Shown here piece after piece: positions 1 to 8,770 of a DNA stretch of 33,034 bases. Each line of letters begins with the position of its first letter. Positions within the stretch are counted from its first letter, which is position 1. The notes under the pieces are model-generated. The model was not told the DNA's origin. It ran no database searches and was given only the letters and a program-made list of their open reading frames with translations. The position numbers and the translations under genes were made by a program. Source of the DNA: an uncultured virus (IMG/VR IMGVR_UViG_3300048865_000024) (lineage: Duplodnaviria; Heunggongvirae; Uroviricota; Caudoviricetes); IMG/VR virus record IMGVR_UViG_3300048865_000024; one strand, 5' to 3'.

Positions 1-12
1 AAAAGAAAATTA

Positions 13-40
13 GCATGTTCTCATGCGTATGAGAACATGC
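13..40. repeat. Perfect 12-bp inverted repeat (hairpin or dimeric operator)
   Basis: GCATGTTCTCAT-gcgt-ATGAGAACATGC read directly from the sequence. Confidence 0.8.
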
Positions 41-319
41 AGATAAAAGGCCCTTTCACGCCGCCTCGCTGTTCCAGATGTGACAAATCGGAAAACGAGG
101 ACCAGGCTCCCAAGGAAACTGCCCGTTCTGATTGAGTGTTGCCCGCATATGGGTCGCGTGGGGCGTGGAACATATTCTGACTTCTCGCATTCGTAGGATG
201 AACGATGTTCTTTGTAGCGCACCCACATCTTCGGAGGCGCGCAAAAGTCGCTGCAGAAACTCGATTTGGCGCGTGATTTCGTTCGCAGAAATTTCGATCG
301 TGCAAGGGAGAACCGCAAT

Positions 320-475
320 ATGCTTGGCACCGTCCTCCTCATTATTCTGATCCTGCTTTTGATCGGCGCCATTCCGGCCTGGCCCTACTCGTCCGGCTGG
401 GGATACGGCCCTTCGGGAATTCTCGGCGTTCTGGTCGTGGTCCTGTTGATCTTGCTCTTGATGGGCAGAATCTGA
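320..475 (+). CDS. Small membrane protein, DUF3309-like
   Basis: MLGTVLLIILILLLIGAIPAWPYSSGWGYGPSG...MGRI matches the recalled DUF3309 pattern; AGGGAG RBS at 305-310. Confidence 0.85.
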   Translation: MLGTVLLIILILLLIGAIPAWPYSSGWGYGPSGILGVLVVVLLILLLMGRI

Positions 476-500
476 AGGCCCGAGGCACAGAGAGCCGATT

Positions 501-842
501 TCACCAACTCGCGCCGTCGATAAGGCGGTGCGGGATGTCTTCCCAGACCGAACGATCGAAGACGCGCATGTTGACCCCCATGCGCGGTGAGCTGCGGCCG
601 GCCGGCGACCAGTGGGTTATGCAGCCGCAAACGCCGCAGTGATGCATGGTCAAGGTCCTGTCGCCTTGGACATATCCGACGAGCTTTCTTTCAGGATCGG
701 TGATGCTGACCTCGCTGGAAGGGTAATAGCCCCAAAGCGTGCCGAGCCTGCTGCAAAGCGAGCAGTTGCAATCGCCGAGCGTCTCCGGGCGGACGGGGAC
801 CGCGACGCGGACCGCCCTGCAATGGCAATGGCCTTCGATCAT
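501..842 (-). CDS. GFA (glutathione-dependent formaldehyde-activating)/CENP-V family protein
   Basis: GHCHC, CNCSLC and HCGVCG zinc-binding motifs; GVNMR near the C-terminus. Confidence 0.9.
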   Translation of the reverse strand: MIEGHCHCRAVRVAVPVRPETLGDCNCSLCSRLGTLWGYYPSSEVSITDPERKLVGYVQGDRTLTMHHCGVCGCITHWSPAGRSSPRMGVNMRVFDRSVWEDIPHRLIDGASW

Positions 843-984
843 GATTTTCTCCCATCGGCGCTTCGTATGTCAGCACGGCATTGGGGACATTATTGATCTT
901 ATTCCGGCGCAGTCCAGCAAAGACGAAGCGATGCTTACGCCGGCTACGACCGCAATTCGCAAAAATATAGAGGCGTGATCACGG

Positions 985-2418
985 ATGAGCGTATCCAACC
1001 CATCCGAGGGGACAATTGCGTCCGGCCTTTCCGCGATGCTCAGGGAACAGATGCTGCTGATGGCGGAGCTCCACAGGCGGCAACGAACGAATATCCTTGC
1101 CGCCTACCGGCCCTATGCCAAGCAGCGGGAGTTCCATGCGGCGGGCGCGGCTTTTCGCGAGAGGCTGTTCATGGCCGGCAACCAGCTCGGCAAGACGCTG
1201 GCCGGCGCAGCGGAGGGGGCGATGCACCTGACCGGGCGCTATCCCGACTGGTGGCAGGGCCGGCGGTTCGACCGGCCGATCGTCATGCTGGCGGGCTCGG
1301 AGTCCTATGAACTGACCCGCGACGGCGTGCAACGGCTACTGGTCGGGCCGCCCCTCAACGAGGAGGAGTGGGGCACCGGATTTCTCCCGAAAGCGGCGAT
1401 CAAGGCGACAACGCGCCGCGCCGGCGCTTCCGGTGCTCTCGACAGCGTGACGGTGCGGCATGTTTCGGGCAGAGCCTCGACGCTGCTCTTCAAGGCATAC
1501 GAACAGGGGCGCGCCAAATGGCAGGCCAATACGGTGGATTACGTCTGGTTCGACGAGGAGCCGCCGGAAGACGTCTATTTCGAAGGGATTACCCGCACCA
1601 ATGCAACGCGCGGCGCCATCGCGGTCACCTTTACGCCGCTCAGGGGCCTGAGCGCGGTCGTGGCCAGGTACCTCATGGAAAAATCGCCGGATCGCGCGGT
1701 GATCACCATGACGATCGAGGATGCCGAGCACTATACGCTCGAGGATCGCCAGCGGGTGATCGACAGCTATCCCGCCCATGAGCGGGAGGCGCGCACCAGG
1801 GGCGTGCCGGCGCTCGGATCCGGCAGGATATTTCCTGTGACGGAGGAGAGCATACGTGTCGATCCGTTCGAAATCCCAAAGCATTGGGTGCAGATCGGCG
1901 GGCTCGACTTCGGCTGGGACCATCCTTTCGCGGCGGTGGGCTGCGCCTGGGACCGGGACGCGGACGTCTTCCATGTGACGAAGATTTATCGCGAGCGGGA
2001 GGCGACGCCGATCATCCACGCGGCGGCATTGAAGCCGTGGGGAGCGGCGATGCCCTGGGCATGGCCGCACGACGGATTGCAGCACGACAAGGGCAGCGGC
2101 GAGCAACTGGCGGCACAATACCGCGCGCAGGGATTGGCCCTTCTTCCCGAGCGGGCGACCTTCGACGACGGCACCAACGGCGTGGAAGCGGGGCTTTCCG
2201 ACATGCTGCAGCGGATGCAGACGGGGCGCTGGAAGGTCTTTTCCACCTGCACGGAATGGTTCGAGGAGTTCCGCCTCTATCACCGCAAGGACGGCAGGAT
2301 CGTCAAGGAACGCGACGATCTGATCTCCGCCTCACGCTACGCCCTGATGATGAAGCGCCACGCACGGGCGAACAACGGCTACGCAAACTGGAACTTCACC
2401 GCCAGAAAGGTTCTCTGA
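985..2418 (+). CDS. terL: Terminase large subunit (P22 gp2-like)
   Basis: Walker A-like MAGNQLGKT, Walker B YVWFDEEP, coupling motif TFTP, nuclease motifs GLDFGWDHP and DDLISASRY; exact start uncertain. Confidence 0.93.
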   Translation: MSVSNPSEGTIASGLSAMLREQMLLMAELHRRQRTNILAAYRPYAKQREFHAAGAAFRERLFMAGNQLGKTLAGAAEGAMHLTGRYPDWWQGRRFDRPIVMLAGSESYELTRDGVQRLLVGPPLNEEEWGTGFLPKAAIKATTRRAGASGALDSVTVRHVSGRASTLLFKAYEQGRAKWQANTVDYVWFDEEPPEDVYFEGITRTNATRGAIAVTFTPLRGLSAVVARYLMEKSPDRAVITMTIEDAEHYTLEDRQRVIDSYPAHEREARTRGVPALGSGRIFPVTEESIRVDPFEIPKHWVQIGGLDFGWDHPFAAVGCAWDRDADVFHVTKIYREREATPIIHAAALKPWGAAMPWAWPHDGLQHDKGSGEQLAAQYRAQGLALLPERATFDDGTNGVEAGLSDMLQRMQTGRWKVFSTCTEWFEEFRLYHRKDGRIVKERDDLISASRYALMMKRHARANNGYANWNFTARKVL

Positions 2419-2465
2419 AGGCCGCAATGACCGATGAACGCCTGTCCGCCTACGTCAGCCGGCTG
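2381..2465 (+). repeat. Direct repeat copy 1 of the terL-end/portal-start junction (copy 2 at 3961-4045)
   Basis: About 85 nt nearly identical at an offset of 1580 nt; the portal ATG is AAG in this copy. Confidence 0.95.
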
Positions 2466-2733
2466 AGACCGCGCCGGATCGCCAGACACTCGACAATCTC
2501 CATCAACGAAACAAGTTGCAGCCGCTGCCGAAAAGCCGGCGATCGCCATTCGCTGACTTGTAAAGCCGACGCCGGAGGAGATCCGGCAGCGGATGCAGGC
2601 GGCTGCCGGCAGAAACCGAGCGGCGGAAGCTCGAGACCAGACGCGAACTGAAACTGAAGCGGCAGCAGAACGCCGCGGAACTGATGGGCGGCGAGCCGCT
2701 GGGGCGGCACATATCGGAGGGATGCCGGGATGA
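2418..2733 (+). pseudogene. Collapsed portal ghost copy 1
   Basis: Ordered fragments match the portal start (3998-4045), 5750-5800 and the end (5960-6052, ...cacatatcggagggatgccgggatga). Confidence 0.9.
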
Positions 2734-3395
2734 GGCGAATAAACGACTTCGAGGATTTTTATGAAGCGCCGATGGGCTTGGGCGGTGCCCTGGAACTGCG
2801 CGATTTCAGCGAGGCGGCGAACAGCCGTCTGCCGAGCTGGGGCCGAAGGGCGGTCCGCGAGGACCGGCGCAGCGAGTTCGTCCAAGCCCGGCCGCCGGGA
2901 AGGCGTGGCCTTCCGGCAAGAACGCCCATGCAGGAGCTGATTGCGGACCAAATAGGAATCCTCATGCGGCAGATAAAGCGCCTCAATCCGAACGAGGCGT
3001 TTCTGGAACCTCCTGGCGGTTCCTATTCCGTCCAGGCGAGAGACAATCTGCAACGACGGCTGGACGAGCTTCAAAGAACTCTGATCGTCGACCCCCGGAC
3101 CGGGTTTCCCATTCAGCGCCATATCGCCGATCCGAGAGGCAACATCGCCTTCGAGCCGTTGGGAGGAAGCACGGTGTCCGGGCAAAATCCGGTCGACACG
3201 CACACGCTCTATCCAAACGGATCGAACTATCACAGAATGAATCCGCAGAGACACGGTTCCGGAAGACCGCCCCACGGGCATGGGCATCTGATGGGTACGG
3301 GGCCGAACACCAAGGGACAAGGCCCTTCGCTCGATATTCGTGGGAATATAGTGCCCTGGAACAGCCCTGATGCACACTGGCCGATGAGGAAATGA
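2730..3395 (+). CDS. Putative polymorphic toxin: shared leader plus His-rich nuclease-like C-terminal domain
   Basis: ATGA overlap with the ghost portal stop, GGAGG RBS; C-terminus HTLYPNG...PHGHGH...GPSLD...VPWNSPDAHW resembles Rhs-type toxin tips; immediately followed by a small acidic gene. Confidence 0.7.
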   Translation: MRRINDFEDFYEAPMGLGGALELRDFSEAANSRLPSWGRRAVREDRRSEFVQARPPGRRGLPARTPMQELIADQIGILMRQIKRLNPNEAFLEPPGGSYSVQARDNLQRRLDELQRTLIVDPRTGFPIQRHIADPRGNIAFEPLGGSTVSGQNPVDTHTLYPNGSNYHRMNPQRHGSGRPPHGHGHLMGTGPNTKGQGPSLDIRGNIVPWNSPDAHWPMRK

Positions 3396-3396
3396 A

Positions 3397-3789
3397 ATGA
3401 ACGTCGACGTTTTCTTGAGATCGATCCATCTGGACGACCGCGCCTGCAAGGCCATCGTGCTTGACGGATGGAAGGATGAGGTCAAGATCCAGATGAACGC
3501 GGTATCTCGCATTCGGTCGGGCACGTGGGACTACAGTGAAGATATCCTTGATGGGTTCCTCGTTTTCGAAGGGGTCGATCACGTTTCCTTCGACCCTCCC
3601 GGTCGACTTCCGAACGACGAAATCGGCGCAATCGAGTTTCTGGGCTATGATGGCGACCGTTTCACGGTCGTTGTCGATATCGGCTCCGGATATGAGCTCG
3701 GAAACTATGTAGACGTGAAAATGACCGTCCGGGCGAAGGCCGTGGCTATAGAGAAGCCGGGCGAAGACAGCGCGCGGATTCGGGAGTAG
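3397..3789 (+). CDS. Putative cytoplasmic immunity protein (DUF6258-like by recall)
   Basis: 130 aa, acidic, starts 1 nt after the toxin stop; motif DRACKAIVLDGW...ISRIRS-like...PND. Confidence 0.65.
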   Translation: MNVDVFLRSIHLDDRACKAIVLDGWKDEVKIQMNAVSRIRSGTWDYSEDILDGFLVFEGVDHVSFDPPGRLPNDEIGAIEFLGYDGDRFTVVVDIGSGYELGNYVDVKMTVRAKAVAIEKPGEDSARIRE

Positions 3790-3844
3790 CAAAGGCGAAT
3801 CTTCGCCACAGGGTGCCGAGAGACCTTGTCCCTGAAATCGAAGA

Positions 3845-3998
3845 GCGCGGCGAAGGCATGCATCGCCCCGGTCGCTATTCCTCGGGTTTGGTTGCGGTCT
3901 ATTCACGAGCCACCCAAAACCGAATGCCTCCGCATCATCCGGTGCTTGTCGGTGTGGCCGACGGAAACTGGAATTTCACCGCCAGAAAGGTTCTCTGA
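3845..3998 (+). pseudogene. Collapsed terL ghost copy
   Basis: GEGMHRPGRY vs terL EGAMHLTGRY (1205-1245) and an identical C-terminus NWNFTARKVL*. Confidence 0.85.
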
Positions 3999-6052
3999 TG
4001 GCCGCAATGACCGATGAACGCTTGTCCGCCCTCGTCGGCCGGCTGGTGAAGGACTGCGAAAACTACCGCGACGAGCTGGCGGTCGACCGCATCAAGGCGA
4101 TGGAGTATTACGACGGTACGATGAAGGACGTGCCGGCGGATGCAAACCGCTCCAAGGTCGTCTCGCGCGACGTCCGCGCTGCGATCAAGAAGGTGCTGCC
4201 CTCGTTGATCCGCACCATCCTCGGCAACGACAAGGTGGTGGAATACGCCCCGGTCGACGAAGGCGACGAGGCGGCGGCAGATCAGGCGAGCGATTACATC
4301 AACTATGTCGTCTTTCCCGAAAGCAACGGCTACGACGCCGTGCAGGATGCGGCGCATGATGCGCTGAAACTCAGGAACGGCGTGATCCGCTGGTGGTACG
4401 AGAAGCAGACTTCCATTGCGATCTCGGCCCATACCGGTCTGGACGAAGCGGCGCTCGTCCAGCTCGTCGGCGACGACGAGGTGGATGTGCTGGAACAGTC
4501 GCAAACGGTCGAAAGGATCGAAACGCCGCAGGGGCCGGTGGAGCAGCCGAGCTACAGCGTCAAGATCCGGCGCCGCACTGAGCGCGGTACGCCGAGGCTG
4601 GCGGCGGTGCCGCTCGAGGAATTCCTGATCCATCCGGACGCCATCTCGATCGATGACAGCGCGATCACCGGCATCGTCAAGCGGATGCGGCGCTCAGACC
4701 TGATCGCCATGGGTTATGACCGCGGCCTGATCGAAGGCCTTCCGGCTTCGAACGGCGGAAGCGGACGCGACGACGAGGTGTTTGCGCGCCGGCGCGAAGC
4801 CTTCGAAGCCGGGGATGCCGTGCCGAAGGCGCTGGAGGAGGTGGACTATTACGAGCTCTACGTGAAGGTGGACGCGGACGACGACGGCATCGCGGAGCTG
4901 CGCCGCCTCGTCTTTGCCGGAGGCACCGGCGAAGAGCACCTGCTCTCGAACGACGAATGGGACGAGGTGCCCTTCGCCGATCTGATCGTCGAGCGGCGGC
5001 CGCATCAGCGCGAAGGCAATTCCGTCACCGACGACATGGCGGAGATCCAGCGTGTGAAAACCGTTCTGATGCGCCAGACGCTCGACAATCTCTACTGGCA
5101 GAACAATCAGCAGCCGATCGTCCAGGAGGGGGCTATCGCCAATCCCGAAAGCGTGCTGAACCCGAAATTCGGCCAGCCGATCCGTGTCGGCCAGGGTATC
5201 GATGCGCGCGCGGCGCTCGGCTACACCATGGTGCCGTTCGTCGCCAAGGAATCCTTCGCGATGCTTTCCTATCTCGACCAGGAGGCGACCGATCGTACCG
5301 GGATTTCCGACGTTTCGAGCGGCATGGCGCCGGACGCGCTGCAGAACATGACGGCGCGGGCGACCGCGCTTATCGAGCAGGCGGGCATCGGCCAGACGGA
5401 GCTGACGGTGCGCACCTTCGCGCAGGGGTTGAAGCGGGTATTCCAAGGGCTGCTCCGTCTCGTCGTCAAGCATCAGGACAGGCCGCGCATGGTACGGCTG
5501 CGCGGGGAGTGGGTGACCTTCGACCCGCGCCAGTGGAATGCCGGGATGGATGCGACCGTCAATACCGGGCTCGGTGCCGGCACGCGCGAACGCGACATGA
5601 TGATGATCCAGATGATTCTGCAGCTGCAGGAAAAGCTGTTGATGACGCTGGGACCGGACAACCCCTATGTCTCGCCGGACAATCTCTATAACGGCATCGC
5701 CAAGTCGGTCGACGCGGCGGGGTTGAAGTCGCCCGACCTCTACTTCACCAAGCCGGCGCCGGAGGAGATTCGGCGGCGAACGCAGGCGGCTGCCGACAAG
5801 CCTGATCCCGAGATGCAGAAACTGCAGGCGCAGGCGCAGGCCGAGGCCGCGAAGGCGCGGCTGACGGCGGAGAACCAGCGCCGGAAGCTGGAGATCGAAC
5901 GCGAGCTGAAGCTCGTCGAAATCCAGCAAAAAGGCGCGCTCACGCGCTACCAGATCGACGCCGAACTGAACCTGAAGCGACAACAAAACGCCGCGCAACT
6001 GTTGGGCGGCGAGCCGCTGGCGGCGGCACATATCGGGGGGATTCCGGGGTGA
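3998..6052 (+). CDS. Portal protein (podovirus P22/SU10-like)
   Basis: 684 aa after terL; AMEYYDG...RSKVVSRDV N-terminus and a long helical C-terminal barrel; TGATG coupling. Confidence 0.9.
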   Translation: MAAMTDERLSALVGRLVKDCENYRDELAVDRIKAMEYYDGTMKDVPADANRSKVVSRDVRAAIKKVLPSLIRTILGNDKVVEYAPVDEGDEAAADQASDYINYVVFPESNGYDAVQDAAHDALKLRNGVIRWWYEKQTSIAISAHTGLDEAALVQLVGDDEVDVLEQSQTVERIETPQGPVEQPSYSVKIRRRTERGTPRLAAVPLEEFLIHPDAISIDDSAITGIVKRMRRSDLIAMGYDRGLIEGLPASNGGSGRDDEVFARRREAFEAGDAVPKALEEVDYYELYVKVDADDDGIAELRRLVFAGGTGEEHLLSNDEWDEVPFADLIVERRPHQREGNSVTDDMAEIQRVKTVLMRQTLDNLYWQNNQQPIVQEGAIANPESVLNPKFGQPIRVGQGIDARAALGYTMVPFVAKESFAMLSYLDQEATDRTGISDVSSGMAPDALQNMTARATALIEQAGIGQTELTVRTFAQGLKRVFQGLLRLVVKHQDRPRMVRLRGEWVTFDPRQWNAGMDATVNTGLGAGTRERDMMMIQMILQLQEKLLMTLGPDNPYVSPDNLYNGIAKSVDAAGLKSPDLYFTKPAPEEIRRRTQAAADKPDPEMQKLQAQAQAEAAKARLTAENQRRKLEIERELKLVEIQQKGALTRYQIDAELNLKRQQNAAQLLGGEPLAAAHIGGIPG

Positions 6053-6153
6053 AGCGAATAAGCGATTTAGGGGACGTTTACGAAGCGGCGATGGGCTTGG
6101 GCAATACCCTCAGAGCCTCATTACGTGACGCCGAAAGCAAGTGGCGGGATTGA
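6049..6153 (+). pseudogene. Truncated toxin leader (34 aa) coupled to the intact portal
   Basis: GTG overlapping the portal TGA; MKRISDLGDVYEAAMGLGNTL vs MRRINDFEDFYEAPMGLGGAL of 2730. Confidence 0.8.
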
Positions 6154-6171
6154 ACGTTCTATAGGAGACCG

Positions 6172-6465
6172 CTACGTCCGCGTCACGCTTAGATAGGCAA
6201 GGAGGCAGAGCAGCCAGAAGACGGCGCCTGCCAACATGCTCATCGTGGAGTTGAGCAGCAGGCGGCCGGAGGGAAGACGCTTGAAACCCAGCCAGTTGAA
6301 GCCGTTGATGTCGGCATAGATTGCCTCGACCTCGACCACGCCGAAACTGAACAGCGGCACCACGATACGGGCTGTCCGATGCAGTAAAAAATCGAAGATG
6401 AGAAGGTCGAGGATGTTGAGGATGAAGCAGACGGCAACATCGAGGGCCACGGCCATTTTCTTCAT
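6172..6465 (-). CDS. Small membrane protein, possible orphan immunity protein
   Basis: GGAGG RBS upstream; hydrophobic N- and C-terminal segments; antisense to the operon. Confidence 0.6.
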   Translation of the reverse strand: MKKMAVALDVAVCFILNILDLLIFDFLLHRTARIVVPLFSFGVVEVEAIYADINGFNWLGFKRLPSGRLLLNSTMSMLAGAVFWLLCLLAYLSVTRT

Positions 6466-6519
6466 AATTCGAGACCTCCCGGATATTCCGCTTCATCGCT
6501 GCTCCAGCGGCCCTTGGGT

Positions 6520-6815
6520 TCGCGCGTGCGTTGCTGTGCGCCCCAACAGGTAGTTCAGGACAAAACCGAAATCAACTATTCCGTGTGGCGATGCCTTCTC
6601 GAGCGGCAGATAACCGGTGCTGGGGGAAAGCAGCGATTGCAGGCGGCCGCCAAAAAGGCCGGTCCCGGAAATGCAGAGCTCGAGATGCGGGCGCAGGCCC
6701 ATGCAGGGAGGCGAGCCCAGGAACCCAGGTGGCCGACTGAACTCGGCGACCAGATCCGCCAGATGAAAAAAGAGAAAGATGTCGGAGAGGCAATCGACCT
6801 GGAGAGCTTCAGGCG
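6520..6815 (+). pseudogene. Collapsed portal ghost copy 2 plus leader remnant
   Basis: 6639-6712 aligns with portal 5782-5857; atcaactat also at portal ~4298; followed by MKKEKDVGEAIDLESF, similar to GALELRDF. Confidence 0.7.
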
Positions 6816-7200
6816 GCTGTGCGCCACCTGTTGCGTTTCGATCCGGAGCCGGGCGACGCCCTTCAATATTCCAACAGTTCTTCTGGACAAGCTTCAATGA
6901 AATCCGAAGCGGCAGCAGAAAAGGTGCGGGCGACCGGCGGGGCCGCTTGCATATACTACTACAGGTAGCATAAAATCGCCGCAATCGGAATGGATGTAAT
7001 GACAATGGATCCCGAGATTGAACAGTTCAGGAATGAAGCGCAGATCGATCAGCAGAAATTGCCGAACGCAGTTGAGCGCGTGCGGCAGGGAGGTGCGCTC
7101 AAGCCACTTAGATTGAATCGGGAAGTCGCGTGGACGTCAGAGCGGCGCCGCCGAGCTTTTGGCCGGCGGCACCCCGCAGGGGTCATTGCCGGAGGGCCGA

Positions 7201-7880
7201 ATGAACGAACATTTACGCAAGCGGATAGTCCAAAAAATGTTGGCCGAGGCGGAACAACCGCCGGCTCCGATGTCGCCGGCAGGGCGGACGGCAGGCACCC
7301 AGCCATTGAACGTGAGCAGTCCTTTGGGCGTAGCGGAAGCTGGCGCCGCAACCGCGTATTATCAGTATCCAGGCTATTTCAAAAAGGAACAGGGAGGGCT
7401 CGCCGAGTTCCAACGGGAAAAACTGGCGGCGGAATTCGGGTGGTCGTCCGAAGGTATGGGCGAATATGAGACCGCCTTGCGTGCCGGACCATTGAATGGC
7501 CTTGCAGCACGGCGGGATTCACGAACCGCCTCAGCCGCGGCGCCAGAGTTGAACGTTCCCGGATGCGCGCCGGGCAATGGTTATGCCGTCGCCAACAAAA
7601 ACCCTCACAACGATTGCCGTGATGCGTTCCGTCACGCTTTTGGAGCGCATTGATGGCTCAACGCGACGAGGAGAGCGCCGCCAGGCTGGGCGATGCCCAT
7701 GAACGGTCATCTAAAGGGCCATATCCCGAAGTCTACATGGACCTGCACAACAACAGGGTCGGGCGACGGATCGGAGCGGCTAATAAAGATGCAAGCCGCG
7801 AGCAAATCTTCGACCTCGTCGCCGGTGAGCTGGAGAAACGGCGTCTAATCACCGATCCGTTTCAGGCGCTAAAACGATGA
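7201..7880 (+). pseudogene. Frameshifted putative toxin with HND-DAFRH...GDAHE...MDLHNN-VGR motifs (DUF6973-like)
   Basis: GGAGG RBS at 7191; adding one T to the T4 run at 7638-7641 restores DAFRHAFWSALMAQ and joins ORFs 7159-7653 and 7650-7880. Confidence 0.75.
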
Positions 7881-8281
7881 TTAAACGAAGCACATTGCTG
7901 CGTATTGCCAAGTACACATTGGGACTGTTTCTATTAGTTTCCTTGTTCGTCGGCTTCATGTTGAGCAACCTCCTTTCGAGGAAGGTCATCGTTCATGTCG
8001 CAAACAGGTCCAGCAACGCAATCGCCGTCGAAGTGGTGCTTTGGGAGCCCAACGTGTGTGACTACGGCGACGAACCGGTGCGCCACATGTTGCGTTTCAA
8101 CCTGGAGCCGGGCGAAGCCCTCCAACGTCTCCTGCTGCCGGCTCATGGCGGGGGAACATCAGCACCACCGTGCGAGACGGGCCAAACGAATATCAGGATT
8201 ATGGACAGTATCTTCTGGGAATGGGGAGCTTCTTTTACCTGGAGAACTATACGGTGGTCTACGACGGCTCGGGCGTCATAA
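7877..8281 (+). CDS. Membrane-anchored putative immunity protein (3' end possibly degraded)
   Basis: ATGA-coupled to the upstream toxin; N-terminal TM segment YTLGLFLLVSLFVGFML. Confidence 0.55.
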   Translation: MIKRSTLLRIAKYTLGLFLLVSLFVGFMLSNLLSRKVIVHVANRSSNAIAVEVVLWEPNVCDYGDEPVRHMLRFNLEPGEALQRLLLPAHGGGTSAPPCETGQTNIRIMDSIFWEWGASFTWRTIRWSTTARAS

Positions 8282-8436
8282 AGATACGACCCCCCAAAAT
8301 ATGGTGAGTGCAGCCTTCGCTTCAGGACGTTCCGTGGGCATTGCGTTGTCGCGGTGAGCAACCCAATACGGTTCGGGTAGCCGTACATCGGGAGGTGTAC
8401 AACAAGAACGAGGCCGATCAACACCGGAATGCTGCG

Positions 8437-8520
8437 GATGGGCGAACTCGAAACCGCGGCCATCGACGGCTGCGTCAAGGCGCGGATCACGGATCAGGAG
8501 ACCCGGGCGGTCTTGCGGCC
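8437..8520 (+). pseudogene. Ghost fragment of the 10374-10613 head gene
   Basis: gatgggcgaactcgaaaccgcggccatcgacggctgcgtc... aligns with 10439-10523. Confidence 0.85.
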
Positions 8521-8530
8521 CAAGCGGGGT

Positions 8531-8770
8531 AAACCACGGTAGCCGTCACTACAATGGTCAGAGGCTCCCGGCAGCACTCTCGCGCACACGGTCGGCGTAC
8601 CATCTTCGGCAATTCTATATTCTCACGGAAGTTTTGACGAACGGTCACGGCGCAGGGCGTTCAATCGGGCCCGCAAGCGTCCGCGTGACGACGTCGCGAG
8701 CAGACCACAGCCGAAACGGTCAGCAGTATGCCGCCGAGGGCGGCGCATGTCGGAGGAATACCTGGAATGA
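8531..8770 (+). pseudogene. Collapsed portal ghost copy 3
   Basis: cgtaccatcttcggcaa (8596) vs portal cgcaccatcctcggcaa (4211); ends AAHVGGIPG vs portal AAHIGGIPG. Confidence 0.8.

Noticed and set aside
6031..6060. Programmed -1 frameshift at the G6 run fusing portal to the toxin leader (the 8728 ORF shows an in-frame AAHVGGIPG-MRR join)
   Set aside because: The other copies have GGAGG at this position, i.e. a Shine-Dalgarno for a coupled start; the in-frame join lies in a decayed ghost with no upstream portal frame
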